Program-made: the position numbers and the translations under genes
Part shown: one piece after another, positions 19,778 through 30,648 of the stretch
How the letters are laid out: each line of letters begins with the position of its first letter
How positions within the stretch are numbered: position 1 is the first letter of the stretch
Virus record (IMG/VR): IMGVR_UViG_3300032213_001531
Location: 32,001-96,000 of that record
Source: a virus
Direction: 5' to 3' (one strand)
DNA: 64,000 nucleotides
The notes under the pieces: model-generated
Told to the model about the DNA's origin: nothing
The model's database searches: none
Seen by the model: only the letters and a program-made list of their open reading frames with translations

Positions 19778-22700
19778 TAAAATCTACTCCCTCGAATTTT
19801 TTGTGAATCTATCTGTTTAATTTGAGCCATAACTGATCTAGCAATTTCATCAGGATTCGCATCTGACTTAACGTTTACGCTAATACTATAATTATACACT
19901 GCGTCGCCTACTGAATCTCCATTATTGATTGCTTTCATCTTGTCCGCACCATGAGTGTTAACAGCATACTTACTCATTACAAATTCTCCTGGAGTAAGCA
20001 TTGCTGGTACTGTATCTGTTCCCATAGCATAACCGCCTGAAGCAAAGAACTGAGGAATTAATCCACCTGAAGATTTAGCAGCAAAACCAGTACTAAAGTT
20101 AAACGGAGTAGGCTGGCCATCTTTATAATTAATTCCGTCTTTGTTACCAGTAAAAGGCTCCCAGCTATCAGTTTTTCTTCTATAGATAAGCGCTCCAACT
20201 CCTGTGTCTGTATAAACATCACCATTCTTATAATCATTTCCCCATACTGTATAGCTAGTCTGATTTGGTGATCCAATTAGTGGTTCAGAAAATGTTAACA
20301 TTGTTGCTGGATCATTTGCATTAGATGTTGTACTTGATGTTGTTGAAGAAGATGAAGATGTTGTTGAAGAAGATGAAGATGTTGTTGAAGAAGATGAAGA
20401 TGTTGTTGAAGAAGATGTTGTTGAAGAAGGGGAGGCTGTTGAAGTATTTCCAGATGTTGAATTTTTAGAGGCTATGGCTTTAGCTAATAAAGCATTTGCT
20501 TTTGCTAACCTATCAGAGTTCTTGGCTAAGAGTGCTGCATTTTGTTCTATCAAAGCATTTAAATTTTCTGCAATAGAATTTGATATTGACATGCCTGATT
20601 CAATAAGCTTTAAATTATTTTCTGCTTTAGTAATTGCATCTTGAGCAGTTTGCAATTCTGCAAGCCTTCCCTTATTCATATAATCACCAAAACGATCTGA
20701 CATGTCAGCATAAACTTGTTTTGCGTTATTGACAGCTGCAACTCCTTCATCATAACCTACAGGCTTAGTGTTTGCATTATTATTTAAAGCTGCATCTGCT
20801 GCTGCAAGAGCTGCGTCTAAAGCTGCTGTTGCCTGAGCGTCTATTGCATCTGCTGCATCTTGTGCTGCTTGTGCCATTGCTACTGCTGCTGCAGCTGCTG
20901 CGATGGCAGCGTTAGCTGCATCTTCCGCAATTTTAAGTGCTGCGTTAGCTGCTGCTGTATCTGCGTCTGCTGCTGCTTGTGCTTCTGCAAGAGCTTTTTC
21001 GGCTGCAGCTTTTTCTGCTGCAGTTACTGCCTCTGCTTTAATCTTGAGTGCTGCTGCAACAAGGGCGTCTGCCTCTGCCTTAGATTTTTCTGCTGCAGCT
21101 TTGGCATCAGCAATAATTTTGTCAGCAGCGGCTTTTGCATCCGCAGTAATTTTATCTGATGCAGCTTTAGCATCTGCTTCTGATTTAGCTACATTTGCTG
21201 TGCTTCCAGAATTAGTAACAATGGTTTGTGCAGTAGTCATTATCTTGGAGTCTTTTGCAGGTGTTGCTGCATAGGCACCAATTTTTGTCATAATTGATTC
21301 CCATTGTGCATTGATTGCTGTTGATGCTGCTAATAATGCAGCAAAGGCAGTATCTAAATCTTTTTTAGATAGATCATATGCTTTTACCTTAGCTTCAATT
21401 GCAGCCCAAGCATCTTTATTTTTTCCAAGGACAGTAGTTTCTTCAACTAATTTATCAAGTCTTGCTTGAATAGTTTCATTCTCGGTGTTTAAGGCAGCAA
21501 TCATTCTTTCTCTATCTACAACACTATCTTTAGTAATTTTAGCAATTTCATTTTCATAAGTCCGAATCTGCTTTAAGTTATTTTCTCTTAGCTGTTCTAA
21601 CTCATATATAGTTTTAGTTTTAGATTTAATACTATCTTGAATTGCTATTTTTCTAGGATCTGTTTCTAAAGCGTAAATGTCTTGAGAAATTTGATACTGC
21701 TTTTCTTTAATTTGATCTTGAGTAAGGCCCTGAGTTGCTACAAGCCTATCTAGTTCATTTTTTCTGGCTAGTTCAAAAGATTTTTGTGCTGCATTAGAGT
21801 ATAAATCTGCGCTTGCTTTTCGCATATCCTGCATTGCTTTTCCTGCTGCAGAAATATCTCCGCTAGTTAAAGCATCTGCTAAGCTAATCTGTTTTTCTTG
21901 TTGTGATAAAATTGCATCATTAATCTCTTTAACTGTTGTTAGGGATTCTGCTTGCTGATCGTAACGTTTATTAATTTCTTCTGCAGCATGATTAATAAGA
22001 TCTAAATCATGAGATAAGGCACTAGATTGATCTTGCAATGCTTGAATAGGCTCATTAAACTGAACATCAATTTGATGCTGTAGATCATTAATCTCTTTCT
22101 GATAATCATCAATCTTTTGACTAATATTAAGAGAAACTGCTGCTTGAATATCATTAATCTTATACTGAAGTTGCTCTATCTGTGCTTCATATGGGCGGAG
22201 TTGGCTTTGTAATTCTTTAATCTTTGTCTCATTAGCAGAAAGTTGTGCTACATCTTTAGTGCTTCTAGAATCTACACCAGTCTTAATTAGATCTTCCTGT
22301 ACCGCAAACATTTGGTTAACCATATCAAGACCAGAAGAAGCAACTTGAGCATAGTCTCCCTTGTTAAAGTTGATTTGAATATCAATTAGTTTCTTAGCTT
22401 CGATGTCTTTCAAGAACTCAGAAATTGCTCCTGTTGAACCTTCAATAGCTGCTATGTCAATTTTGCCATCTTTAATGTTTTGGGTGAACTGTTTTAGCAT
22501 TGCAGGGTTTCCAAGTACTGCGTCAATTTGCTCTACAGAATACCCCATAGACTTCATTGCACCTACTACTTCTGGAGTTTTTGCAAATACATCAAACTCT
22601 GCATTCTTTGTAAGGGTGTCAGTTATAACCTGCATCTTTTCCATTGCACTATTGGCTTCAGCAATATCTTTAATAAACTTCTTCATTTCATCTGAACCTG

Positions 22701-25700
22701 CAGCACCAAGGGTTCCAGCAGCAATAGCTGAAGCAAGAGATTGATCTTCAATTACTTTAAGTGCATCGGTAACAGACATTCCTGCACCTCTTAAAATCTC
22801 AAATGCTTCTCTTTGTTTTTTAATGTTGTCTATACTTTGGGCTGCACCAAATTGAGCCATACCAACAACTACTGAATTAAAGGCTTCGGACAACCCTAGT
22901 AAGTCTTCAGTTATTCCAATGACGTTTCCTTTATCGTCTAGCTTGAATGGTTTTTGTTTATCCTTTTTACTTGGGTTTACATCTGAGTTTTTAAAAGCTT
23001 CAAACTCTTCTGCTGACATTCCAGATATTGCATCCATGAGTCCTGAAGATACTCCACCCTCTAGCATTATTTGCTGTAGGCCCTTAAACTTTGCAAACAT
23101 TCTGCTAAGACCGCCTTCAGCACCTTTACTATTTTCAAAAATAGCCATGATAGATTTTAATGGGGTAAGAGCATTAAAAGCTGAATCTCTAAATAGTTTT
23201 AGCTTCATTCCTAAATCCTCTAGAAAAGAATATGCTCCCTTTAATGTATCTGCAGCTTCTTGTGCAGCTAGCTTTTTTAGATCAGCAGTCTTTGGACCAT
23301 AGATAGAATCCAGTCTTTCTTTTAGTAACTTATCCAAAGTGCTTTTAGCAATACCTGGGTTTGCTTTACTTAACTGATCTATTTGTGCTTGTATGAGAGC
23401 TGCTGAGTTTGCTAATGGAAGAGGAATATCTTTCCAAAGTCCTTTTTTCTTAAACGCATTAATTAATTCTGCATTCAACTCTTGTTGGATGTTATCTGAT
23501 ATCAACAACTGATTTAAAGTAACTGATGCTTCTAGCTGTAGTGTTGGATCATAACTACTTAATAGATCCCAATTTTTTACTGCAGCATCAAGTGCTTCAT
23601 TTGGGCTTTTCCCTTTTAACTTTAATTCAGCTTGATACGCAATTAGCGCTGGTTTAGTAAGCTTTCCTCCTGGGAAATGTTTTCTAAGGGCATCAATTTC
23701 TTTTCCAAGTTTTTTGAGTACGGGAATGTCATCTGGATCTGATTCTATATTTAAATCTATTCTAAACTCTGGAGGGAATTGAATAAAGTCTTCTAACATT
23801 GAGTAGAATTCTCTAGCTTGTTGAGGGCCTTCTTTGCCATTAAAAGTACCAGCAACATTGACTACAGTATTAATGTTTTCTTGATCTGATAAATTTTGAA
23901 GAATCCAGCCAAGAGAATCCATCTCTTTAGCTCCTTGGCCTCCTAACATTAATTTCCAAGTTGTTTCAACATTTTTTCCAGTTGCTATAAAGTTCTCAAT
24001 TAAAGCTTTTGCAGATCCAGCAGAAATGTCACCAGCTACGACTGATGCTTGAACCATAACTCCAATTTTTGTTACATCTTGAGTTGTTTTTGCTTTTAAT
24101 CCTTGAATAATCCTTACTTGATTCTGCATTTCAGCAATATATTCTGCTTGCGCTGCAGTAAATTCACCACTATTACTATCGTAGGAATCTCTTCTTGCTT
24201 GAATTTCTGCTACTCTTTTTTCTGACTCTGCTAGTTGTTTCTTTAATTCTTTTCTTTCTTCTGAAGAAATTCCAGCTTCTTTTGGAATCAGTTTTGAATC
24301 TGGATTTAGCAATGCACTAAGTTCTGTTGCTGCAAGCTTTTCTGGACCTACGGCATCTTTATATTTATCATCAAAGGCTGTCTTGTATGCTTCTGCATAT
24401 TTAACCTTTGCATCTTTGCCACTAATGTTGTCCAAGAATCCAGTAGCTCGATCTACAACGTCTACCCCTTGATTTCTTAACTCTTGTTGATCTTGAAGGT
24501 TTTGATCATTAAGATCTTTAATCTTCTTTTCAATTTCAAGTCTTTTTTCTGCAGTCTTAACGGCCTCTTTTTCTTTAGTAAGTTTTTCAATTTGAGCATC
24601 AGTTTGCATTTGTAGTAGATCCATAGATTGTTGAACTTGTGCTAGTGACTGAATTGAATTACCTGCTACTGCTCCAGCAACTGCTCCTACAGCTTTCTTC
24701 TCTCTACCTTGTTGATACTTTCTAAGAGCTAGATCTGCAGCAAGTGTTGTTGCTAATATAATTGCTCCAGGAAGTACTCCTGCGCCAGTTGCAGAAGCAC
24801 CTGTTCCTAATGCTGCTGCTCCTCTTATAACTCCTGCGCCAAATCTTGCCTTTCCTAAAGTTCCTGCTATTTGTGACTCTTTTGCAAAAGTTGCTGCAGC
24901 AGGTAGCGATCTAGCCCCAGCTATAACCCCTGTTTTATCAAGTTGACTAGCAATACGGGCGCCAAGAAGAGCGCCACCGACTGTGCTTCCTGCAAGCTCA
25001 AACCCCTCACGTTTATTGATTCCAGTCCTTAGTCCAACAGCCCCTGCTCCAGGCACATTCTGCATGAGGTTAGCAAACCATCCGCCCATTTCTTTTTCAA
25101 CAACATCACTAAAAATATTCTGCATTTGAGTAGTAAGTTGTTTTTGATTTTTTAATATCTTTAATTGAACCCCAATAGGGTTATCTTTTAGATTTTTTCC
25201 ATCGGGGCCGATGATTTCTCTTAAAATTCCTCTAGCTTCAATCTCTAAAGATTGATCTCCCATATCTCTTGCAAGATTTACAATGATTGATTCTGCCTGA
25301 TCTGCAGACAATACTCCTTGGCTTACTGCTGAAGCAAGTTTTGTTCCTAGTTGTTTAGCTGCACCTCTACCGTTTGATTTTGCGTAAGTGTTAAACTCAG
25401 CAATAAATTGTTTTCCAAATTCGCTACCTGAAAAATCTTTACCAAATGTTTGATCAATTGGAGTTATCTCAAGTCTATTTGCTTCTCTCTTCTTGTCCAT
25501 AATTTGTGTTGCAGACATTGTTCCAAGGATAGATCCAAAACCTTCCAAAGACTCAATGGTATTTCCAATAGATTGTCCTTGTTTAACTCCATCAGCAATA
25601 GATTTTCTAATTGCCATGCTCTGCATTTTAAATGAAACGCCTAATGCTACTACTGTGGCAATCAATTTCTTTAGCGGTGAATTAAGAAGTGGCAATATCA

Positions 25701-28700
25701 TTGGAAGCATAGATGCTCCCATAATTGCTGTCATGTGATTAGAAGCAAATTTTCCTGCTGTTGAATCAGGTGATCCTTGTGCAATTCCTTGAGCAAGCAT
25801 AGGAATCATCATGGCTGCCATTCCTACACCCATCATTGTTTGAGATGATTTCATTCTTTGATCTTGTCTTGCATTAATTCTTTGTTCTTTATTTAATGCA
25901 TTACCATCTTGATCGTGGGTTGCAACTTTTCCATACCCTGTCCAATAACCACCATGTGGCTTAGGACCGCTAGGTCCACCAGGACCAGCAGGGCCACCCA
26001 TAGATGACAGGCGAGCATCAATCTTTCTAACTCTATCCATTGCTTTTGCGCTTGCTGATTGAACCCTAGCATTATTTGCAACTGCCTTAGTTCCAGTTAC
26101 TACCGCCGTTCCAAACTTGCTAACTTGAGCTGTAGCTTTTCCAAGTACATCTGCTCCCTTTGAAGGTGGTGGTGTATTTGCTACTGGAGTTGCTCCCCAA
26201 CCATCACCCTTATCAACCATGGTGTATCCAGGAAGAGGTCTTGGAACTCCACCCTTACCGCCTCTACCACTACCATGTTCAGGAATTGTTCCATTAATCA
26301 TTCCTGAAACTAATGAAGAATATTTGGCTGCAGCCTTGGCTGGAATGACTGCTTCTCCAGGAGATAGCATTGCTGGTTGAATATCTCCCGCACCCTTTGG
26401 CCCTGGAACTGAAAAAATTCCTTTTGCTAATGCAAGAGTATCCGCTGGCATATAGTCTGAGTCTTTAAATTTCTGATTCTTGTAATATCCATCATGAATT
26501 CTTTTCCTTAATAAATGTTCAGTAATTATATCTGTAGTTGTCCAAGTGTCTGCTTTATTTTTTGCACCCCAACCTTTATATTGATGTCTTTTACTTTCTA
26601 ATTTACTAAGTGCTATCAATGCTTCTTTTTCAGTTGTTACGTGAATTGCGCCCATCCTTTTTGAAAGTGCATTCATTCCAGAGTTTATAACTGTCTGATC
26701 TCTCACAACATTGTCTGCTGGCCAAAACTCTAAATCTCTATTTTTACCAGTAGCTTTTATATGGCTTGCTGCGATTCCACCTTCGCCAGATCTGACTCTC
26801 TCTATTGCAGTTTGAAAGTCTGGTGCTTTTAATACAGCAAGTGCATCTGCTTCTGAAATTTTTCCAGTATTAACAAGATTCTTCTTTACAGAAGCAAGCT
26901 CTTCTGCATAATAATTTAATAGCTTTTGTGCTGGTTTATTTTTACTAGGGTCAGCAAGAACTTTTTGCCATCTACTATTTACCTCTGGTGGAGTGGCTCT
27001 AGTTCTTGATCCTGACCAAGGATTTACATTTGCAAACAAACCTTTACCAGAAGCTGTTCCTATGTCTAATGGTTTACCGCTTTCTTTATACTTTAAAATT
27101 CTTGCTTCTAAAGCTTTTACTTTTTGTGCATAAATTGTTTTATCTGGATATGCTGCTTCAAACTCTTTCCATCTTCCTTCAAACTTAGCAGCCTCTGATG
27201 CTTTTACGGTCATAGATTGACCACCTATTTGAATTTGTGACATTCCAGACCCAAGGCTACTAATCTTAAATGAGGTGCCAGGAGGTAATGGGGTGAGTGG
27301 TAATCTTGTTCTAGATTCTAGACTAGCAACTGTTGCTGCTTCTTTTGCCCCTGAAACTTTTACTGCTGAAGCTGCGCCGTACATGCCCAGTCTTCCAGCC
27401 ATGTATCCTGGAACTACTCCACCCTTAGCGAAACCATTTCCTTGTGCCCATTTAGAAAAACCTTCCATAAAGTCTTTATCAGATAAGGATGAGGCGTGTC
27501 CCTTTTGTCTTGCTCTTAATGTAATTTCATCTTCTATTTTTTTTATTGCTGCAGGAGTTAATGCTTTCTTTGGATTAGCAATTACTGATGAATGAATCCC
27601 GTGAAGTTCTCTCCAGTTCGCACCCCTAGAATCCTCTAAGCGTCTAACCATGTCTTGATAAATACCCTGCTCTTCTTTATTTAACTTAAATCCTGCTATT
27701 GTTGCTTTAAGTCTTGGAAGAGTTTCATCGATCTCTCGTATCATTCTTGTATGGTATTCTTCTGCAGTCATTCCCTTTGGAATATTAGATGTTGCTTCAG
27801 CAAAGAATCTTTTTGCATTTGATCCCTTTACGCCAAGTAAATTTATACGAACCTGATCTTCAACGGATGGCATGCCTTTTGAATATGTTCTAAAACCAGA
27901 TGCTGTATCAAAGACTCCAGCATTTCCAGCATCAACCATATTTCTACCAGACACATTTGCCATTTGGAGATCTTTGTCTCCTCTTACTCCAGAAGCTAAA
28001 AGTTGTGCAAAGTATTCATCTTCACTAAACTTGCCCGTTGGTTTTGCAAACTCAGGGTTGTAAGGGGCTTCAGATACAATAATTTTTCTTTTCTTTTGTG
28101 GATCCGTTGGATCAATCATTGTACGAATTGTGTGCTCTGGTGCTTTTAGTGGAAAGGCTTTGTTTGTAATAGTAGCCATTCTTTCCTCTGCTAAAGCAGC
28201 AGTCTCATCAACATATGGCTTAACAAATACCTTAGTTCCATCTGGCTTTTGATACAATCCGCCAATTCCTTTAACAGGAAATGAGTGCCCTGTGGTTGCT
28301 TCAAGTTGAACGCCAAAATCTGTTGGATCCATGTTAGCAAATCGACTTGCTTCAGTTCCTTTTCCAATTGACTCCATTGATAGTCTTGCTTTACGTTGTA
28401 TATTAACTGCTTTAATGCTTTTTGGCATACCCAAAAATAGTGGCATTCTTCCAAGTATATGACCTGGCAAAGTTCCGTCAATCATCTGTCCAATAAATGG
28501 TGCATACTTCTTAGCCATGTCAGCAGGAATAACGGCTTCTCCAGGGGTTAGAAGGGCTGGGGTAGTATCTTTATTACCTGTTCCAGGAACACTTGTCACA
28601 CCCTTGGCAAAACGTCTTGGAGGGGTAACTCTGCCCCTGCTTGGCATAAACATTCCAGGGTTTGTACTAGCAAAACTAGACATTGCAACTTTTGCTTCTC

Positions 28701-30618
28701 TGTAAGCATTAGTTAAGGCAACAAGGCTTGCTGACTCAAGGACATATGCGGAAGACAAAGATTTATGGGCTGTTGCAAGACTATTTGATACAGCAATATT
28801 TTCTAGCTCTTCATTGCTGAGGTACTGTGTTCCAAGGGCTGCATCTTTTGATCCATAAGCTAAACCTTGAAAACCTTTACGAATAAGATTAAACATCTTC
28901 ATTAAGTTAGCTAAACCGTTAGCAACAAGACCAACGGTCATAAGTAGAATTGGACCAATACCAGCAACTGCTGCTACAATAATTGCTACTGCTTTTTTAA
29001 TTCCTTCAGGAGCATTGTTAAATTTATCAAACAGCTTAACAAAGAAATTAATAACTGGAGTCAATACCTTTGCAAACAATTCACCAATTGGAGCAATAGA
29101 TGCTTTAAGTTTTTCAATTGCTGCTTGCATTTTATACATAGGAGATGATTCCTGTGTTTTTAATTCTCTCTCAGATAACAGCGCCAACTCTTCTGCAGAT
29201 GCAGATGCCAATTTTAAAACTCTGCTTGCTTGGTTTCCTTCTTTTGTTACGTTATTTAAAAGTGCTGAGATTCTTGAAAACTGATACTTGCCAAAAACTT
29301 TTTCAATTGTTTGTGCTCTTTGTAGGTCTGTTAGTGGTTGTAATGCTTGAGCAAAAGAAACAACAGTATTTTTTAAGTTACCCTGATTGCTTTCAATAAT
29401 TCCCTTAAGGTTAATGCCTAGCTTTGAAGTTGCTTCAGTTGCTGCTTTTGATGGATTAATTAAAGATGCAAGACCAGACTTAAGTGCGTTAGCTCCTTGC
29501 TCTGCACTAATACCACCTTCTTTCATTGCTGTAAGGAAGAATGCTAAATCTTTTACATCTCCGCCAAGCTGTTTAATAACTGGAGCAACTCTTGGAATGG
29601 CATTAGATAAATCTTCAAGGCTTAAAACAGTTTGGTTTTCAACAGAGTTAAGAAAGTCCATTGTTTTAGATAGTTCGCCACTACCAATAGCAAAAGCATT
29701 TTGTAATGCAATTGTTGTTTCTAAAGCTTTGTCTTGTGCAACTCCACCAAGGACTGCTAATTTGTTTGCTTGTCTTACTACCGTATCAAGTTGCTGCCCT
29801 GAGTTACCTGCTGCTGCTGCATCTGCAGCCATCTTGATTGTTTCAGAAACTTTAAGTCCATACTTTGTATACTCTTTAGCAATATCTTTCATGTTTTTAA
29901 GGGCTTTGTCAGTATCATCTTGTGTTGTAAAGATGTCTCCATAAACCTTTTTAAATCTAATTGCTTGAGTTTCAATTTCTTTAAATGCTTTTATTGCTGA
30001 TCCTGCGAACATAGCTAAAGGAATTGTAAAACCAACCATAAGCTGGCGACCAGCCCACTGTGTATTCTTACCAAAGTTTAGAAGTTTTGTAGCACCATCG
30101 TCAAGCAGCTTATTCATTATCTGTTGACGTTGAATAGTCATTGACATTCTTGTTAATGCGTCGTTATAATTAAGTGCTTTTGGTGTAATTCGCATTGAGC
30201 GGATTGCACCCTGTGCGTCTTTACCTAGTTGGACATACTGGCTTTGAAGAGCCTTAACTCTTTTTTCAGCAAGGTTGCTAATTGTTTGAAATTCTCTAGC
30301 GTAATTCTTTCCAAATGTTTTAGTGGAAGCCATGCCATATCGATAGTATTCACGAAGTGATAGCTTGCCAGCTTCCAGACGTTTTGAAAACTGATCTGTA
30401 GAAGTTGCCATCTTGCCCATTGAGGCATTAAACATGCCTGTGGCATTAATGTTATGTAAAAGTGATTTTGAAAAATCGGCTTGAGCTAGTGATGCAGCTT
30501 TTGTGCCGACGATCATGGAACGGTTAAGTGCAGATATCTGCTTGTCTAGCCCACGTAGTGCGGACATAGCTTGTGTTGTATCAATATTAATTAAAATATT
30601 GCTGTTTACATCTGTCAT
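19777..30618 (-). CDS. Tape measure protein, 3613 aa, with inserted globular domains
   Basis: Follows tail chaperones; TP901-type core (GISAEQGANALKS), hydrophobic segments, coiled coil, Ala-rich tract, PA(M/L)L(T/S)PGE motifs. Confidence 0.93.
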   Translation of the reverse strand: MTDVNSNILINIDTTQAMSALRGLDKQISALNRSMIVGTKAASLAQADFSKSLLHNINATGMFNASMGKMATSTDQFSKRLEAGKLSLREYYRYGMASTKTFGKNYAREFQTISNLAEKRVKALQSQYVQLGKDAQGAIRSMRITPKALNYNDALTRMSMTIQRQQIMNKLLDDGATKLLNFGKNTQWAGRQLMVGFTIPLAMFAGSAIKAFKEIETQAIRFKKVYGDIFTTQDDTDKALKNMKDIAKEYTKYGLKVSETIKMAADAAAAGNSGQQLDTVVRQANKLAVLGGVAQDKALETTIALQNAFAIGSGELSKTMDFLNSVENQTVLSLEDLSNAIPRVAPVIKQLGGDVKDLAFFLTAMKEGGISAEQGANALKSGLASLINPSKAATEATSKLGINLKGIIESNQGNLKNTVVSFAQALQPLTDLQRAQTIEKVFGKYQFSRISALLNNVTKEGNQASRVLKLASASAEELALLSERELKTQESSPMYKMQAAIEKLKASIAPIGELFAKVLTPVINFFVKLFDKFNNAPEGIKKAVAIIVAAVAGIGPILLMTVGLVANGLANLMKMFNLIRKGFQGLAYGSKDAALGTQYLSNEELENIAVSNSLATAHKSLSSAYVLESASLVALTNAYREAKVAMSSFASTNPGMFMPSRGRVTPPRRFAKGVTSVPGTGNKDTTPALLTPGEAVIPADMAKKYAPFIGQMIDGTLPGHILGRMPLFLGMPKSIKAVNIQRKARLSMESIGKGTEASRFANMDPTDFGVQLEATTGHSFPVKGIGGLYQKPDGTKVFVKPYVDETAALAEERMATITNKAFPLKAPEHTIRTMIDPTDPQKKRKIIVSEAPYNPEFAKPTGKFSEDEYFAQLLASGVRGDKDLQMANVSGRNMVDAGNAGVFDTASGFRTYSKGMPSVEDQVRINLLGVKGSNAKRFFAEATSNIPKGMTAEEYHTRMIREIDETLPRLKATIAGFKLNKEEQGIYQDMVRRLEDSRGANWRELHGIHSSVIANPKKALTPAAIKKIEDEITLRARQKGHASSLSDKDFMEGFSKWAQGNGFAKGGVVPGYMAGRLGMYGAASAVKVSGAKEAATVASLESRTRLPLTPLPPGTSFKISSLGSGMSQIQIGGQSMTVKASEAAKFEGRWKEFEAAYPDKTIYAQKVKALEARILKYKESGKPLDIGTASGKGLFANVNPWSGSRTRATPPEVNSRWQKVLADPSKNKPAQKLLNYYAEELASVKKNLVNTGKISEADALAVLKAPDFQTAIERVRSGEGGIAASHIKATGKNRDLEFWPADNVVRDQTVINSGMNALSKRMGAIHVTTEKEALIALSKLESKRHQYKGWGAKNKADTWTTTDIITEHLLRKRIHDGYYKNQKFKDSDYMPADTLALAKGIFSVPGPKGAGDIQPAMLSPGEAVIPAKAAAKYSSLVSGMINGTIPEHGSGRGGKGGVPRPLPGYTMVDKGDGWGATPVANTPPPSKGADVLGKATAQVSKFGTAVVTGTKAVANNARVQSASAKAMDRVRKIDARLSSMGGPAGPGGPSGPKPHGGYWTGYGKVATHDQDGNALNKEQRINARQDQRMKSSQTMMGVGMAAMMIPMLAQGIAQGSPDSTAGKFASNHMTAIMGASMLPMILPLLNSPLKKLIATVVALGVSFKMQSMAIRKSIADGVKQGQSIGNTIESLEGFGSILGTMSATQIMDKKREANRLEITPIDQTFGKDFSGSEFGKQFIAEFNTYAKSNGRGAAKQLGTKLASAVSQGVLSADQAESIIVNLARDMGDQSLEIEARGILREIIGPDGKNLKDNPIGVQLKILKNQKQLTTQMQNIFSDVVEKEMGGWFANLMQNVPGAGAVGLRTGINKREGFELAGSTVGGALLGARIASQLDKTGVIAGARSLPAAATFAKESQIAGTLGKARFGAGVIRGAAALGTGASATGAGVLPGAIILATTLAADLALRKYQQGREKKAVGAVAGAVAGNSIQSLAQVQQSMDLLQMQTDAQIEKLTKEKEAVKTAEKRLEIEKKIKDLNDQNLQDQQELRNQGVDVVDRATGFLDNISGKDAKVKYAEAYKTAFDDKYKDAVGPEKLAATELSALLNPDSKLIPKEAGISSEERKELKKQLAESEKRVAEIQARRDSYDSNSGEFTAAQAEYIAEMQNQVRIIQGLKAKTTQDVTKIGVMVQASVVAGDISAGSAKALIENFIATGKNVETTWKLMLGGQGAKEMDSLGWILQNLSDQENINTVVNVAGTFNGKEGPQQAREFYSMLEDFIQFPPEFRIDLNIESDPDDIPVLKKLGKEIDALRKHFPGGKLTKPALIAYQAELKLKGKSPNEALDAAVKNWDLLSSYDPTLQLEASVTLNQLLISDNIQQELNAELINAFKKKGLWKDIPLPLANSAALIQAQIDQLSKANPGIAKSTLDKLLKERLDSIYGPKTADLKKLAAQEAADTLKGAYSFLEDLGMKLKLFRDSAFNALTPLKSIMAIFENSKGAEGGLSRMFAKFKGLQQIMLEGGVSSGLMDAISGMSAEEFEAFKNSDVNPSKKDKQKPFKLDDKGNVIGITEDLLGLSEAFNSVVVGMAQFGAAQSIDNIKKQREAFEILRGAGMSVTDALKVIEDQSLASAIAAGTLGAAGSDEMKKFIKDIAEANSAMEKMQVITDTLTKNAEFDVFAKTPEVVGAMKSMGYSVEQIDAVLGNPAMLKQFTQNIKDGKIDIAAIEGSTGAISEFLKDIEAKKLIDIQINFNKGDYAQVASSGLDMVNQMFAVQEDLIKTGVDSRSTKDVAQLSANETKIKELQSQLRPYEAQIEQLQYKINDIQAAVSLNISQKIDDYQKEINDLQHQIDVQFNEPIQALQDQSSALSHDLDLINHAAEEINKRYDQQAESLTTVKEINDAILSQQEKQISLADALTSGDISAAGKAMQDMRKASADLYSNAAQKSFELARKNELDRLVATQGLTQDQIKEKQYQISQDIYALETDPRKIAIQDSIKSKTKTIYELEQLRENNLKQIRTYENEIAKITKDSVVDRERMIAALNTENETIQARLDKLVEETTVLGKNKDAWAAIEAKVKAYDLSKKDLDTAFAALLAASTAINAQWESIMTKIGAYAATPAKDSKIMTTAQTIVTNSGSTANVAKSEADAKAASDKITADAKAAADKIIADAKAAAEKSKAEADALVAAALKIKAEAVTAAEKAAAEKALAEAQAAADADTAAANAALKIAEDAANAAIAAAAAAVAMAQAAQDAADAIDAQATAALDAALAAADAALNNNANTKPVGYDEGVAAVNNAKQVYADMSDRFGDYMNKGRLAELQTAQDAITKAENNLKLIESGMSISNSIAENLNALIEQNAALLAKNSDRLAKANALLAKAIASKNSTSGNTSTASPSSTTSSSTTSSSSSTTSSSSSTTSSSSSTTSSTTSNANDPATMLTFSEPLIGSPNQTSYTVWGNDYKNGDVYTDTGVGALIYRRKTDSWEPFTGNKDGINYKDGQPTPFNFSTGFAAKSSGGLIPQFFASGGYAMGTDTVPAMLTPGEFVMSKYAVNTHGADKMKAINNGDSVGDAVYNYSISVNVKSDANPDEIARSVMAQIKQIDSQKIRGSRF
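20336..20429. repeat. 21-nt tandem repeat (3 full + 2 partial copies) encoding a Ser/Thr linker in the tape measure
   Basis: Unit gatgttgttgaagaagatgaa, encoding SSSSSTT-type repeats on the minus strand. Confidence 0.9.
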
Positions 30619-30648
30619 TTAACCGCCATGACCCCCTATTTTATTTTT

